From a virus (taxonomy: Duplodnaviria; Caudoviricetes), in the IMG/VR virus record IMGVR_UViG_3300027804_000127, positions 1-36,124 of that record: a stretch of DNA of 36,124 nucleotides. One strand, written 5' to 3'. Made by a program: the position numbers and the translations under genes. Below the pieces are notes generated by a model. That model was not told where the DNA came from. It did no database searches and was given only the letters and a program-made list of their open reading frames with translations. How positions within the stretch are numbered: the first letter of the stretch is position 1; each line of letters starts with the position of its first letter. This document shows positions 17,683 to 25,023 of this stretch, piece after piece.

Positions 17683-17774
17683 AAAACGATTTTTTAGACT
17701 ATCTAGCAGCCATTGTGATTGGCCTTGCGCTTTGCGTAGGGTTATTGCATTATTTTGATGTCCTGGTTAAGTAA
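17679..17774 (+). CDS. 31-aa single-TM early peptide (not in ORF track)
   Basis: MKNDFLDYLAAIVIGLALCVGLLHYFDVLVK; GAGGGA RBS; ATGA overlap. Confidence 0.65.
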   Translation: MKNDFLDYLAAIVIGLALCVGLLHYFDVLVK

Positions 17775-17797
17775 ACACATTTTTTAATAGGTGAAAT

Positions 17798-18127
17798 ATG
17801 ACAATAGAAACTGAAACACGATTGCAAGATCAAGTGGAACACATTGCACACACAATAACTGACGGCTTTGGCGATGAGGTTAACTTAGACGATGAGCCGA
17901 TGAGTGCTTTTGACTATTTAACTGACGCTTTAGACATTGAATATATTGTTAACGGCAAACGTGAATACTTAGGCGCAAGGGTTTTAGTGGCCTTTGGCGG
18001 CCCAAATATATGGGTTAACACACGTACAAAAAAAGTTGAGGGTTTTTGGTGGGGTGAATACGCCAAAGCATCTTTTGATGACGGCATTGGCCTTAATGAC
18101 GCCCTTGAAACTCTTTGGAATTGCTAA
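17798..18127 (+). CDS. Acidic early hypothetical protein
   Basis: 109 aa; TAGGTG RBS; YLGARVLVAFGGPNIWVNT motif; about 21 D/E vs 8 K/R. Confidence 0.8.
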   Translation: MTIETETRLQDQVEHIAHTITDGFGDEVNLDDEPMSAFDYLTDALDIEYIVNGKREYLGARVLVAFGGPNIWVNTRTKKVEGFWWGEYAKASFDDGIGLNDALETLWNC

Positions 18128-18128
18128 A

Positions 18129-18377
18129 ATGACTACTAGAAAACCCAAAACCCCTAAAGTACACCCAAAGATCATCAATGAGTTTATGATTTATGAGGGC
18201 ATTAATGACATAAATAGCGTTTTCGGTGCTTTAACTGTACTTGACGCATATATTCAAGGCGATAAGTTTCAAAAATACGCTGCAAGCATGGCAATAGATA
18301 GCATTCGATCTACTTTATGCGCTGGAACGGGAATAATTGAGGAATGGCTGGAAATTGAGGAGGAGGTGAAACCATGA
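18129..18377 (+). CDS. Early hypothetical protein
   Basis: 82 aa from MTTRKPKTPK; the track start at 17994 overlaps the previous gene and is unlikely. Confidence 0.65.
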   Translation: MTTRKPKTPKVHPKIINEFMIYEGINDINSVFGALTVLDAYIQGDKFQKYAASMAIDSIRSTLCAGTGIIEEWLEIEEEVKP

Positions 18378-18550
18378 AAATTGGCAATATTGTTGCTTAT
18401 GATTGCGATCCAGCATTATTGGGGGAAATAATCAAAATTTCAGTTTGTACCATAAACTGTAAAACCTTTTTGACAATCAAACCCTTTGACAATACTGATT
18501 GGGTTTATAAATACAAATGCGAAGTTTGGCTGCTGGCCGATAACCTTTAA
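18374..18550 (+). CDS. 58-aa early hypothetical protein, SH3/KOW-like start (not in ORF track)
   Basis: MKIGNIVAYDCDPALLGEIIKI...VWLLADNL; AGGAGGTG RBS; ATGA overlap. Confidence 0.7.
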   Translation: MKIGNIVAYDCDPALLGEIIKISVCTINCKTFLTIKPFDNTDWVYKYKCEVWLLADNL

Positions 18551-18566
18551 AGCATTTCCATAAATT

Positions 18567-18591
18567 CCCGCCCTAAAAAGCGGGTTTTTTT
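18567..18591 (+). terminator. Rho-independent terminator ending the early cassette
   Basis: CCCGC-cctaaaaa-GCGGG-T7. Confidence 0.8.
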
Positions 18592-18604
18592 GAAAGTGTT
18601 TGCG

Positions 18605-18816
18605 AAGTGAGTGCTTACTTTGTCAAGATCAATTTAAACGGCTTACAATGCGTTTTTATTGTTTAAGCATAGTAGCTATGCACTAAGCAAGAAAACGGCT
18701 TAAAACGGGTTTTAATGGCTTTCTAGGCACATCGTTGCAAAGTGTTTCCCGTGATGGTTTAACTTTAGGTGAAGTGAGTGCCAACTTACATGATTTTGTG
18801 AAGTGAGTACTAACTA
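18605..18816. repeat. Three 16-bp imperfect palindromes AAGTGAGT-(G/A)C..ACT(T/A)
   Basis: AAGTGAGTGCTTACTT (18605), AAGTGAGTGCCAACTT (18772), AAGTGAGTACTAACTA (18801). Confidence 0.85.
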
Positions 18817-18827
18817 ACAGCAATCTA

Positions 18828-18839
18828 AGGGTAAACCCT
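18828..18839. promoter_or_regulatory. Additional AGGGTAAACCCT site
   Basis: Exact 12-bp match to the copies at 16816 and 16845. Confidence 0.75.
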
Positions 18840-18932
18840 AAAAATGTGGGTTGTACAAAAAAGTGGCATTTACTTTTTACAAAACACGATTAACCAATTT
18901 TTGGAAACTCAAAGTTTTTGAAAGTTTGGAAA

Positions 18933-19217
18933 TTAGAAAGCATTTTCATTTTCGGGTGGATTTTCTAGCAATCTCTTAATCGTATTATTAAGTGCGTCAA
19001 TCTCATCCATTTTCTTAATATGCCACATTCTCTTTTGACCATGCCAACCTAATATCGAATTAGTATGGCAGTCTTGACATAATGCTATGCAAGTATATTG
19101 AAGACCTTGTTTGTAATGGTGGGCTTCTGATGGTCCTGATTTATCACAAACTGAACAGGGAAGCATTTTCACCCTTGCTAGGTGGAATCTTTCCTTGTTG
19201 TTCAGCTTGTTGTTCAT
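18933..19217 (-). CDS. HNH-superfamily Zn-binding protein (Ref/DUF968-like)
   Basis: LPCSVC...EAHH...IALCQDCH...GWHG. Confidence 0.7.
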   Translation of the reverse strand: MNNKLNNKERFHLARVKMLPCSVCDKSGPSEAHHYKQGLQYTCIALCQDCHTNSILGWHGQKRMWHIKKMDEIDALNNTIKRLLENPPENENAF

Positions 19218-19540
19218 TGGGTTGCCCTGATTTCCATTCTGGCTGAGTACTGGTTAGTTCTCCAGACTTCGATCCTTGCTTGGGCAGCGGTCATCAACCA
19301 CCGATACTTCTCTTCTTTTTCCACGGCAGCTCTTATGCCTTCAAGAACTTCTATGTACTCAGAATGGGCATAAGCGTAGGTTTCTTGTTTACCCAGAACT
19401 TCCGTCCCTGCCTGGCTCATCAGGTGAGCCTTCTTGGACTTTCGGAACTCCTCCAAGTACAGGCGCTCCGACTTCGCTTGGGCGTACAAGGGTGCGGTGT
19501 CGATCAAATACTGAATTGCTTTGTCGGGGCTGCTCTCCAT
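19214..19540 (-). CDS. Helical hypothetical protein
   Basis: 108 aa; GGAG RBS; YAQAKSERLYLEEFRKS...ARIEVWRT. Confidence 0.7.
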   Translation of the reverse strand: MESSPDKAIQYLIDTAPLYAQAKSERLYLEEFRKSKKAHLMSQAGTEVLGKQETYAYAHSEYIEVLEGIRAAVEKEEKYRWLMTAAQARIEVWRTNQYSARMEIRATQ

Positions 19541-19715
19541 GAATTAATCTCCAATGCTTTTCTGCTAAACGTCTTATTCCCTCGGACAAGGAACCATTCC
19601 CTGCCAAGGTCAATGCTTGCTCATGGATAGGCGCTACCCTTGCTCGGATAGTCCTACCCTCTTCACTGATCTTCTTGCGACCAGCGCCTTTTCTTGAACC
19701 GCCACGTTGTTTCAT
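19389..19715 (-). CDS. Putative ribbon-helix-helix DNA-binding protein with basic RGG.R.GAGRK arm
   Basis: RGGSRKGAGRKK then TIRARV (strand), PIHEQALTLA (helix), GNGSLSEGIRRL (helix). The C-terminal ~50 aa overlap the next gene and may be non-functional. Confidence 0.6.
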   Translation of the reverse strand: MKQRGGSRKGAGRKKISEEGRTIRARVAPIHEQALTLAGNGSLSEGIRRLAEKHWRLIHGEQPRQSNSVFDRHRTLVRPSEVGAPVLGGVPKVQEGSPDEPGRDGSSG

Positions 19716-19738
19716 GGCTTGAATTATATGCTACAAAA

Positions 19739-20260
19739 TCAATTCTTAATAGCTTTTAGTACAAACCTGATGTCATCGTCTTCTTCTTGGAAGACAGTTT
19801 TAAAGTCTGCTTTGTAGATATTCCTAAAGTCGGACATGGGTGTTCTGCCTACCTGCCTCTTGTACTCATCTTGGGATAGGAACACCAGTTGTTCAAGCTG
19901 CATGATTCTTGTATGGCTTGGATCACCATAAGCCCAGACTGAACTTCTGGAGGGACAAGTCGCAAGGAAATGACCATTTGGCTTGAGAAGTCGCCAGAAT
20001 TCTGAGAACTGAGCAAAGAATAGTTTGTAGTCACCTTGCTGCCCAAGATGTTCTAGCACTTGGTAGGCATGGATTTCATCAAACTCGTTGTCGGGGAATG
20101 GCAATGGCAGAACCATTAAGTCCCACACCACAGTAGGATTGTGGTCAACGTTGTAGTCTAAAGTGGTTAAGTTATCAAAACCAGTTGTTCTATCTGTTGC
20201 CATCTTTTTGGTGTGGTTAGATCCACAACCAATTAAAAGTTCTTTTTTTTGTTTAGTCAT
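19739..20260 (-). CDS. Class I SAM-dependent methyltransferase-fold protein (Methyltransf_11-like)
   Basis: LLIGCG, TTLD, DL..LPLPFPDNEFDEI....VLEHL, WRLLKPNG, DPSH. Confidence 0.85.
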   Translation of the reverse strand: MTKQKKELLIGCGSNHTKKMATDRTTGFDNLTTLDYNVDHNPTVVWDLMVLPLPFPDNEFDEIHAYQVLEHLGQQGDYKLFFAQFSEFWRLLKPNGHFLATCPSRSSVWAYGDPSHTRIMQLEQLVFLSQDEYKRQVGRTPMSDFRNIYKADFKTVFQEEDDDIRFVLKAIKN

Positions 20261-20490
20261 ACGTCTTCTGTTTTGTAATTAAGCTTGTGATACTGAAACC
20301 GCATGGCTCCCTCCATCTCTAGCTCTTTGAACTGCTCATCAGAAAGAAGGCCAATGACATCACGCCCCTCAAACCAAATCTCTCTAATGGATTCGTTATA
20401 GGTTGAGTCTTGGTCTTGCTCGTATTCGTAAACGACTGTTACGACTTCGCTACCTGCACCTACTGTTGTGTCAAATTCCCATGTGTTCAT
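20257..20490 (-). CDS. Acidic hypothetical protein
   Basis: 77 aa; AGGAG RBS; apparently has its own upstream promoter region. Confidence 0.7.
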   Translation of the reverse strand: MNTWEFDTTVGAGSEVVTVVYEYEQDQDSTYNESIREIWFEGRDVIGLLSDEQFKELEMEGAMRFQYHKLNYKTEDV

Positions 20491-20548
20491 AATTAACTCC
20501 TGTTTAAAATTAAATCTTACCTAATTGTTTGTGTAATACCATAGGGAC

Positions 20549-20815
20549 TTACCCTAATGTCTGAATCATTCTTAATGCGGCTTCTGAGTTGTCAATCCTC
20601 GCTAAAGTACCACCAGCCCAATTCTCAAAAAAGTCTGTTTGTAGCTTGGTAAACTTCTTTTTAGAGTTTGTTTTAATCTCTACCAAAAAGGTGTGACCCT
20701 TGTATCCAACGAGCAGATCAACTGGCAAACCAATAATCCAGACGTAAGCGCCAGCAGCCCTTAGTGCAGATACAATTTGCTCTTGGTTGGCATCAACTCT
20801 GGCGGCATATCTCAT
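20549..20815 (-). CDS. VRR-NUC-like PD-(D/E)xK nuclease / resolvase
   Basis: RVDANQEQIV.ALR..G...PVDLLVGYKGHTFLVEIK...T..Q..F...W.G. Confidence 0.8.
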   Translation of the reverse strand: MRYAARVDANQEQIVSALRAAGAYVWIIGLPVDLLVGYKGHTFLVEIKTNSKKKFTKLQTDFFENWAGGTLARIDNSEAALRMIQTLG

Positions 20816-21024
20816 AAAAGAGTCCCATCTTTGATTCGGTTCATATATTCCCTTATCCTGTCTCTAGCACCTATGCCATAGATTCTTTCGGCTCTCTCAA
20901 GCCTAGCCCGAATGAGATCACGATTTTTACTTCCTTCCCAATTGCGATAGAGTTCCCTAGCTTCTGCTTGCTCTAGGATTACTCTATCGCTTGGGCCTTC
21001 AATATTACGTCTGCTCCAAGTCAC
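20812..21024 (-). CDS. Hypothetical protein
   Basis: 70 aa in the operon; ATGA coupling to the nuclease gene. Confidence 0.6.
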   Translation of the reverse strand: MTWSRRNIEGPSDRVILEQAEARELYRNWEGSKNRDLIRARLERAERIYGIGARDRIREYMNRIKDGTLL

Positions 21025-21118
21025 CAGTTAGCTCCAATGCAATATTGATAAGACGTACGGGATATGGTACGCCTTCCTTAACTCTGTCTAGCAGTCTCAT
21101 GGCTTCAAAGTAGTTCAA
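21005..21118 (-). CDS. 37-aa hypothetical protein (not in ORF track)
   Basis: TTG start; MNYFEAMRLLDRVKEGVPYPVRLINIALELTGDLEQT; fills the gap in the operon. Confidence 0.5.
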   Translation of the reverse strand: MNYFEAMRLLDRVKEGVPYPVRLINIALELTGDLEQT

Positions 21119-21335
21119 ACTTGCCCCCATATTCTGCCCAACGAACTGCTTTGTTTGCCAAAAATAACGCCTCTGCACAAGTTAGTTTAGATGAACGAAC
21201 ATAAATTTCGTCATCTCTATAACCAATAATGATTACGTCTGTTAGATCACCTTCTTCGGCATCTACCAACGCAGAAGCAAGAGCCTGTTCTGCTGTCATA
21301 TTTGTGCTTGGCGGCAATCGTAATAAGTTACTCAT
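21105..21335 (-). CDS. Hypothetical protein
   Basis: MSNLLRLPPSTNMTAEQAL...; AAGGA RBS favours a start at 21335. Confidence 0.65.
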   Translation of the reverse strand: MSNLLRLPPSTNMTAEQALASALVDAEEGDLTDVIIIGYRDDEIYVRSSKLTCAEALFLANKAVRWAEYGGKFELL

Positions 21336-21454
21336 ATTTTTTCCTTCATATCCCACCAAGCATCAACTGCTTTTTTAACACTATCTCTGTCTAATCCTTT
21401 TTCCCAAAGATATTTCATAATTAATGCAATTTGCAATGTTTCGTATGTGGTCAT
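21332..21454 (-). CDS. 40-aa hypothetical protein (not in ORF track)
   Basis: MTTYETLQIALIMKYLWEKGLDRDSVKKAVDAWWDMKEKI; ATGA overlaps at both ends. Confidence 0.6.
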   Translation of the reverse strand: MTTYETLQIALIMKYLWEKGLDRDSVKKAVDAWWDMKEKI

Positions 21455-22248
21455 GCACTTTTCCTTAACTGAGCCATCTTTGCTAAAACTTCTAGCGGAA
21501 TAGGAACTGCTTTTTTCGCATCTTCTGCAATCTTCAGCAAAGCAGGGTCAGGCTCATTACTTGGCGCAACAGTGAGCCTTACTTTGTCGGCAGGGTTTGG
21601 CTTAACAATCCATTCTGCTTTCAAACCTTGGCTGCTACGATTGCACCATTCAATCAAGAACTGTTCTAATGTCCAACCTAGTTTTTTGGCTTCAACTATT
21701 GCTCCATCAAGAACTGTTTTAGTAATCGGGGCTTTCTTGCTCTTACGCAAAGTAACCCAATCATCCCAAACTTGCTGAGAAACATCTAAAGGACAAGCAA
21801 CGATAGTTGCGCTATCTTTCTTTTTAGAAGGTGAAGATGTAGATGAAGATGAAGGGGTTGATTTTTGTTTATCCTCTTGGATAACCTTATGGTTAACCTT
21901 CAAGTTAGGATTGCCACCCAATTTACCACCTTCTGAACGCTTTTGTCTTAATTCTTCATCACGAATCATGCGTCTTGAAAATATTGCACCATTGTCAACA
22001 TCATAGACACCAGACTCTTGAAGTTCGTGCAACCAACCCTGAACAACCTCTAATGGTTCACCAACCATACGAGCAAGGTTTGATGGAAGGATAACCTTGT
22101 CAGCAACCTTTAAATATCCATAAGGCGAACCTTCGTGCATAAAGCAAATCATGTCGATCCACAATCCTCTAGCACCTGTTGAGCATGAACGCAATGCAGT
22201 GTCACGCAACCAATCACTTGGGTAAAATTGAAAAGATGGACGTTTCAT
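21451..22248 (-). CDS. Replication initiator (lambda O analogue; YdaU/DUF1376-like N-terminus, DnaT/DnaD-like C-terminus)
   Basis: PSFQFYPSDWL.D...ARGLWIDM...SRRMIRD..LRQKRSEGGKLGG, a Ser-rich linker, then WDDWVTLRKSKKAP.T. Confidence 0.7.
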   Translation of the reverse strand: MKRPSFQFYPSDWLRDTALRSCSTGARGLWIDMICFMHEGSPYGYLKVADKVILPSNLARMVGEPLEVVQGWLHELQESGVYDVDNGAIFSRRMIRDEELRQKRSEGGKLGGNPNLKVNHKVIQEDKQKSTPSSSSTSSPSKKKDSATIVACPLDVSQQVWDDWVTLRKSKKAPITKTVLDGAIVEAKKLGWTLEQFLIEWCNRSSQGLKAEWIVKPNPADKVRLTVAPSNEPDPALLKIAEDAKKAVPIPLEVLAKMAQLRKSA

Positions 22249-22670
22249 TTGCCCACCTCATCTAGCCACTTCCAATAATCATTAGTTAACTCTTGACCTT
22301 TAAGGAACAAAAATTTATGTAACTGGAATTCAGGCTTTAAATTCATGCCAACAAATCCACCAACTAAGTATGAAATTTCTTCTTTGTTGTATGGGCCATC
22401 AATTGGCAATCTAGACATTACCTCAAAAAATAAATCAACTTCTTTTTGATGTTCATTTTTATGGCAACTCCAACACAATACTGTGTATTGTTTTAATGTG
22501 TAATCCCAAGGCTCTTTGCCTTTCGCATACATTTTGTGATGAACATGAAGTGTTGATTCGTTGTCGCCACATAACTGGCAAGTAAAATCATTATGTTCAA
22601 GAACCTCAAGACGTTTTTTCTGCCATAGAGGGTGTAATAGCTTTTCAGCATAAGTAGTTTTTTTGTGCAT
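22245..22670 (-). CDS. HNH-domain protein
   Basis: P.WQKKRLEVL...FTCQLCG....LHVHH..Y.....PWDY...LCWSCH..EH. GGAG RBS favours the ATG at 22670. Confidence 0.8.
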   Translation of the reverse strand: MHKKTTYAEKLLHPLWQKKRLEVLEHNDFTCQLCGDNESTLHVHHKMYAKGKEPWDYTLKQYTVLCWSCHKNEHQKEVDLFFEVMSRLPIDGPYNKEEISYLVGGFVGMNLKPEFQLHKFLFLKGQELTNDYWKWLDEVGK

Positions 22671-22697
22671 GGCACTTCTCCGCAAATCTCCCAGAAA

Positions 22698-22762
22698 GAA
22701 ACTGCGGCAGGAGGGGAGTTCTCTCTTCGGTGGGGTAGCTACCCCCCACCTAGCCGTGTTTC
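22698..22762 (-). ncRNA. Candidate structured RNA (multi-branch, C4-like layout)
   Basis: Outer pairs GAAAC/GTTTC and CGGC(t)AG/CTGCCG enclose a GGTGGGG..CCCCACC hairpin and a second weaker hairpin. An extended -10 (TGATACAAT) lies just upstream on the minus strand. Confidence 0.5.
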
Positions 22763-22773
22763 AAAACATTGTA

Positions 22774-23142
22774 TCAAATAAATTGATTGTTGGTAATTTC
22801 GTTTGTTGGTTGTCTTCCAAACAATCTGACAGCTTGGGAGTTCATAGAAGCATATTCAGCTTTAGTGAAGATGCCTTTAGCGTTCCTGATGTCAAACGGG
22901 TTTAGTCGGCAACGTGGCTCATCCTTGATAACTTCTTGAGCCTGAATCATGTGTGGCGCTAAAGTGTACTGAGAAACCCATGAACGGCCCATCTTAACTT
23001 TTTCAATTGTTATTTTCTTCTTGTAGCGCATTTTTGTGCAACAAGCTGCAATAGATAGTCTAGGTATGCCAGTCAAGTCCTCCAATTGGTAGGATGTTAG
23101 CGGTCCATTTTGCAGACATCTGATAACGGCTTCTTGGGTCAT
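22774..23142 (-). CDS. Winged-HTH protein
   Basis: VIRCLQNGPLTSYQLEDLTGIPRLSIAACCTKM... Confidence 0.65.
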   Translation of the reverse strand: MTQEAVIRCLQNGPLTSYQLEDLTGIPRLSIAACCTKMRYKKKITIEKVKMGRSWVSQYTLAPHMIQAQEVIKDEPRCRLNPFDIRNAKGIFTKAEYASMNSQAVRLFGRQPTNEITNNQFI

Positions 23143-23318
23143 TTGTAAAGGTTCTCCAGGTTAATTGTTCGGTTTAGATGGAGTTCTAGCGTTCTGGCAA
23201 GCAAAGCTGTTACAGCCGCATCGAAGTCCTCTGGTTCGGTTGTATAAGCATCTGCCATTGCTTGAGAGTACCCAAGCAAGGCTTCAGCGCATCTTTTTTC
23301 AAGTATTTCAGTTTTCAT
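23139..23318 (-). CDS. 59-aa helical protein, first gene of the leftward operon (not in ORF track)
   Basis: MKTEILEKRCAEALLGYSQAMADAY...NLENLYK; ATGA coupling; a -10-like TAGGCT lies 6 nt before the ATG. Confidence 0.65.
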   Translation of the reverse strand: MKTEILEKRCAEALLGYSQAMADAYTTEPEDFDAAVTALLARTLELHLNRTINLENLYK

Positions 23319-23450
23319 AGGAGTAGCCTACCATGATAAAAAAGTTGCGTAAATTAGGGAAAACCCCTATGTAAATTTAGGAATCCATGTGGCACATTAT
23401 CGGTGTGGGCAACAAAAAACCCACATTTTAATAAACTAACAGGAGTGAAT
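23319..23450. promoter_or_regulatory. Divergent promoter region
   Basis: Strand switch; contains TAGGGAAAACCCCTA and the repeated GTAAATT(T)AGG. Confidence 0.65.
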
Positions 23451-23633
23451 ATGAAGACATTGTTTGAACAGTACAGAGATCAATTTGCAGACATTCCGTA
23501 CTGCTGTTATTGCCTAGAGCCACAGGGCGAGAAATGGCATTGTTGCCAAGAAAACCACTTTATCGAGTTTAAAGACTTAGATATTGAGGATCAAAAATTT
23601 ATCATAGATTCTGAATTAGACGAAAATACTTAA
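23451..23633 (+). CDS. Small Cys-rich (Zn-binding?) protein
   Basis: AGGAG RBS before the ATG at 23451; YCCYC...HCCQENHF. Confidence 0.7.
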   Translation: MKTLFEQYRDQFADIPYCCYCLEPQGEKWHCCQENHFIEFKDLDIEDQKFIIDSELDENT

Positions 23634-23642
23634 GGAAATATC

Positions 23643-24260
23643 ATGGGTGTACATAAAAAACTGATGGAAGCAAGGATTGCCTTGCAAGCGGCTCCACTTA
23701 AAAAGTCAGGCCACAACAAGTTTGCAGGGTATCAATACTTTGAACTTGGAGACTTTTTGCCTACAATTAACACAATCTTTCACAAGTTGGGTTTATGTAG
23801 CGTAATCTCTTTTGATAAAGATTTAGCTACCATGTGTATCACAGATACAGACGATGGCTCTCAGATCGTTCTGACAAGCCCTATGGCAGAAGCTAACCTA
23901 AAGGGTTGCCACCCCATACAAAATTTGGGCGCTGTGGAGACTTACACTCGCAGGTACTTATATGTATCAGCCCTGGAGATTTGTGAGCATGATGCGCTAG
24001 ATTCTTCTCCTCCAGTAAGAGAAGAGAAGCAAGCCCCTGTGATTACACCAACGCAAGGTGCAATGGATAGCATTCCAGAAGATGAACAGAATTATCTCAG
24101 AGAGTTGGCAATGGAGTTGATTGCTATCTGTGAGAAGGAAGAACCTAAGACAGCTTGGGTAAAGTTGGAATCAGAGAACCTAGATAGCGAACAAAAAGTC
24201 GCTCTATGGACTTTGCTTCCTAGTAAAGTAAGAAGTGCATTAAAGAATGCGAAAGGTTAA
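23643..24260 (+). CDS. erf: ERF-family single-strand annealing protein
   Basis: KKSGHNKFAGYQYFELGDFLP...QNLGAVETYTRRY...D, the ERF G..TY.RRY signature. Confidence 0.85.
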   Translation: MGVHKKLMEARIALQAAPLKKSGHNKFAGYQYFELGDFLPTINTIFHKLGLCSVISFDKDLATMCITDTDDGSQIVLTSPMAEANLKGCHPIQNLGAVETYTRRYLYVSALEICEHDALDSSPPVREEKQAPVITPTQGAMDSIPEDEQNYLRELAMELIAICEKEEPKTAWVKLESENLDSEQKVALWTLLPSKVRSALKNAKG

Positions 24261-24261
24261 T

Positions 24262-24762
24262 ATGGAAATCTGCCAACAGTTGCTACAAGAAACTTTTTCT
24301 TATGCAGAAGGGAATTTAATCTGGAAGCAACCAACTGGCAGACGAATCTCTGTTGGTCAAATTGCAGGAAGAGTTTGCCATGAATACAAAAGTATAGGCT
24401 TTATGGGCAAAGAATATATGGCGCATAGGCTTATTTTTATGTTTCATCATGGATATTTCCCACCAGAAGTTGACCATATAGACGGCAACAAATTAAACAA
24501 TCGCATTGAAAATTTAAGACCTGCAACACACGCAGAAAATCTTAGGAATCAAAGGCTAAGAGTTTGCAATACTAGTGGTGTTAAAAATGTTGCATGGGCA
24601 AAACGAAAACAAAGATGGAGGGTGCGAATAACAGTAGATGGCAAAGATAAGCATATTGGATATTTTAAAGATCGTGATTTAGCAGATTTGGTAGCAATAG
24701 AAGCGTGTGATCTGCATCACAAACAATTTTCTTCATATAAAGGAGTGTTACATGGACAATAA
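24262..24762 (+). CDS. HNH endonuclease with AP2-like domain (homing-type)
   Basis: AHRLIF...[24 protein letters not shown]...NTSGVKNV.W....RWRVRI....KHIGYF. Confidence 0.9.
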   Translation: MEICQQLLQETFSYAEGNLIWKQPTGRRISVGQIAGRVCHEYKSIGFMGKEYMAHRLIFMFHHGYFPPEVDHIDGNKLNNRIENLRPATHAENLRNQRLRVCNTSGVKNVAWAKRKQRWRVRITVDGKDKHIGYFKDRDLADLVAIEACDLHHKQFSSYKGVLHGQ

Positions 24763-25009
24763 TCGACAGGTAAGGGACAACAGTGGCGTACTTTTTCGCA
24801 ACGACAAAAAAGAAATACCAAACCACCCCGATTACAAGGGAAACATCACAGTAAATGGTCAGGACTTTTGGCTATCTGCTTGGATCAAAGAGGGTAAAGG
24901 TGGCAAGTTTATGGGCTTGGCATTGTCTCCAAAGGATCAACAAGCTCCACAAAAAGCAAAACCCAAGAGTTCAGGCTTTGATGATATGCCTGATGACATC
25001 CCTTTTTGA
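24752..25009 (+). CDS. SSB-like protein (short OB-type fold, acidic DDIPF tail)
   Basis: [10 protein letters not shown]....PDYKG.ITVNG..FWLSAW..., ends DDMPDDIPF; AAGGAG RBS before 24752. Confidence 0.75.
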   Translation: MDNNRQVRDNSGVLFRNDKKEIPNHPDYKGNITVNGQDFWLSAWIKEGKGGKFMGLALSPKDQQAPQKAKPKSSGFDDMPDDIPF

Positions 25010-25023
25010 GTTAATATAACCAC

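Noticed and set aside
17994-18128. Long N-terminal extension of the 17994-18377 ORF
   Set aside because: It overlaps the 109-aa gene; the ATG at 18129 right after that stop is more plausible.
24262-24762. Intron or intein around the HNH-AP2 gene
   Set aside because: It is free-standing between intact ERF and SSB-like genes, with no flanking intron sequence.
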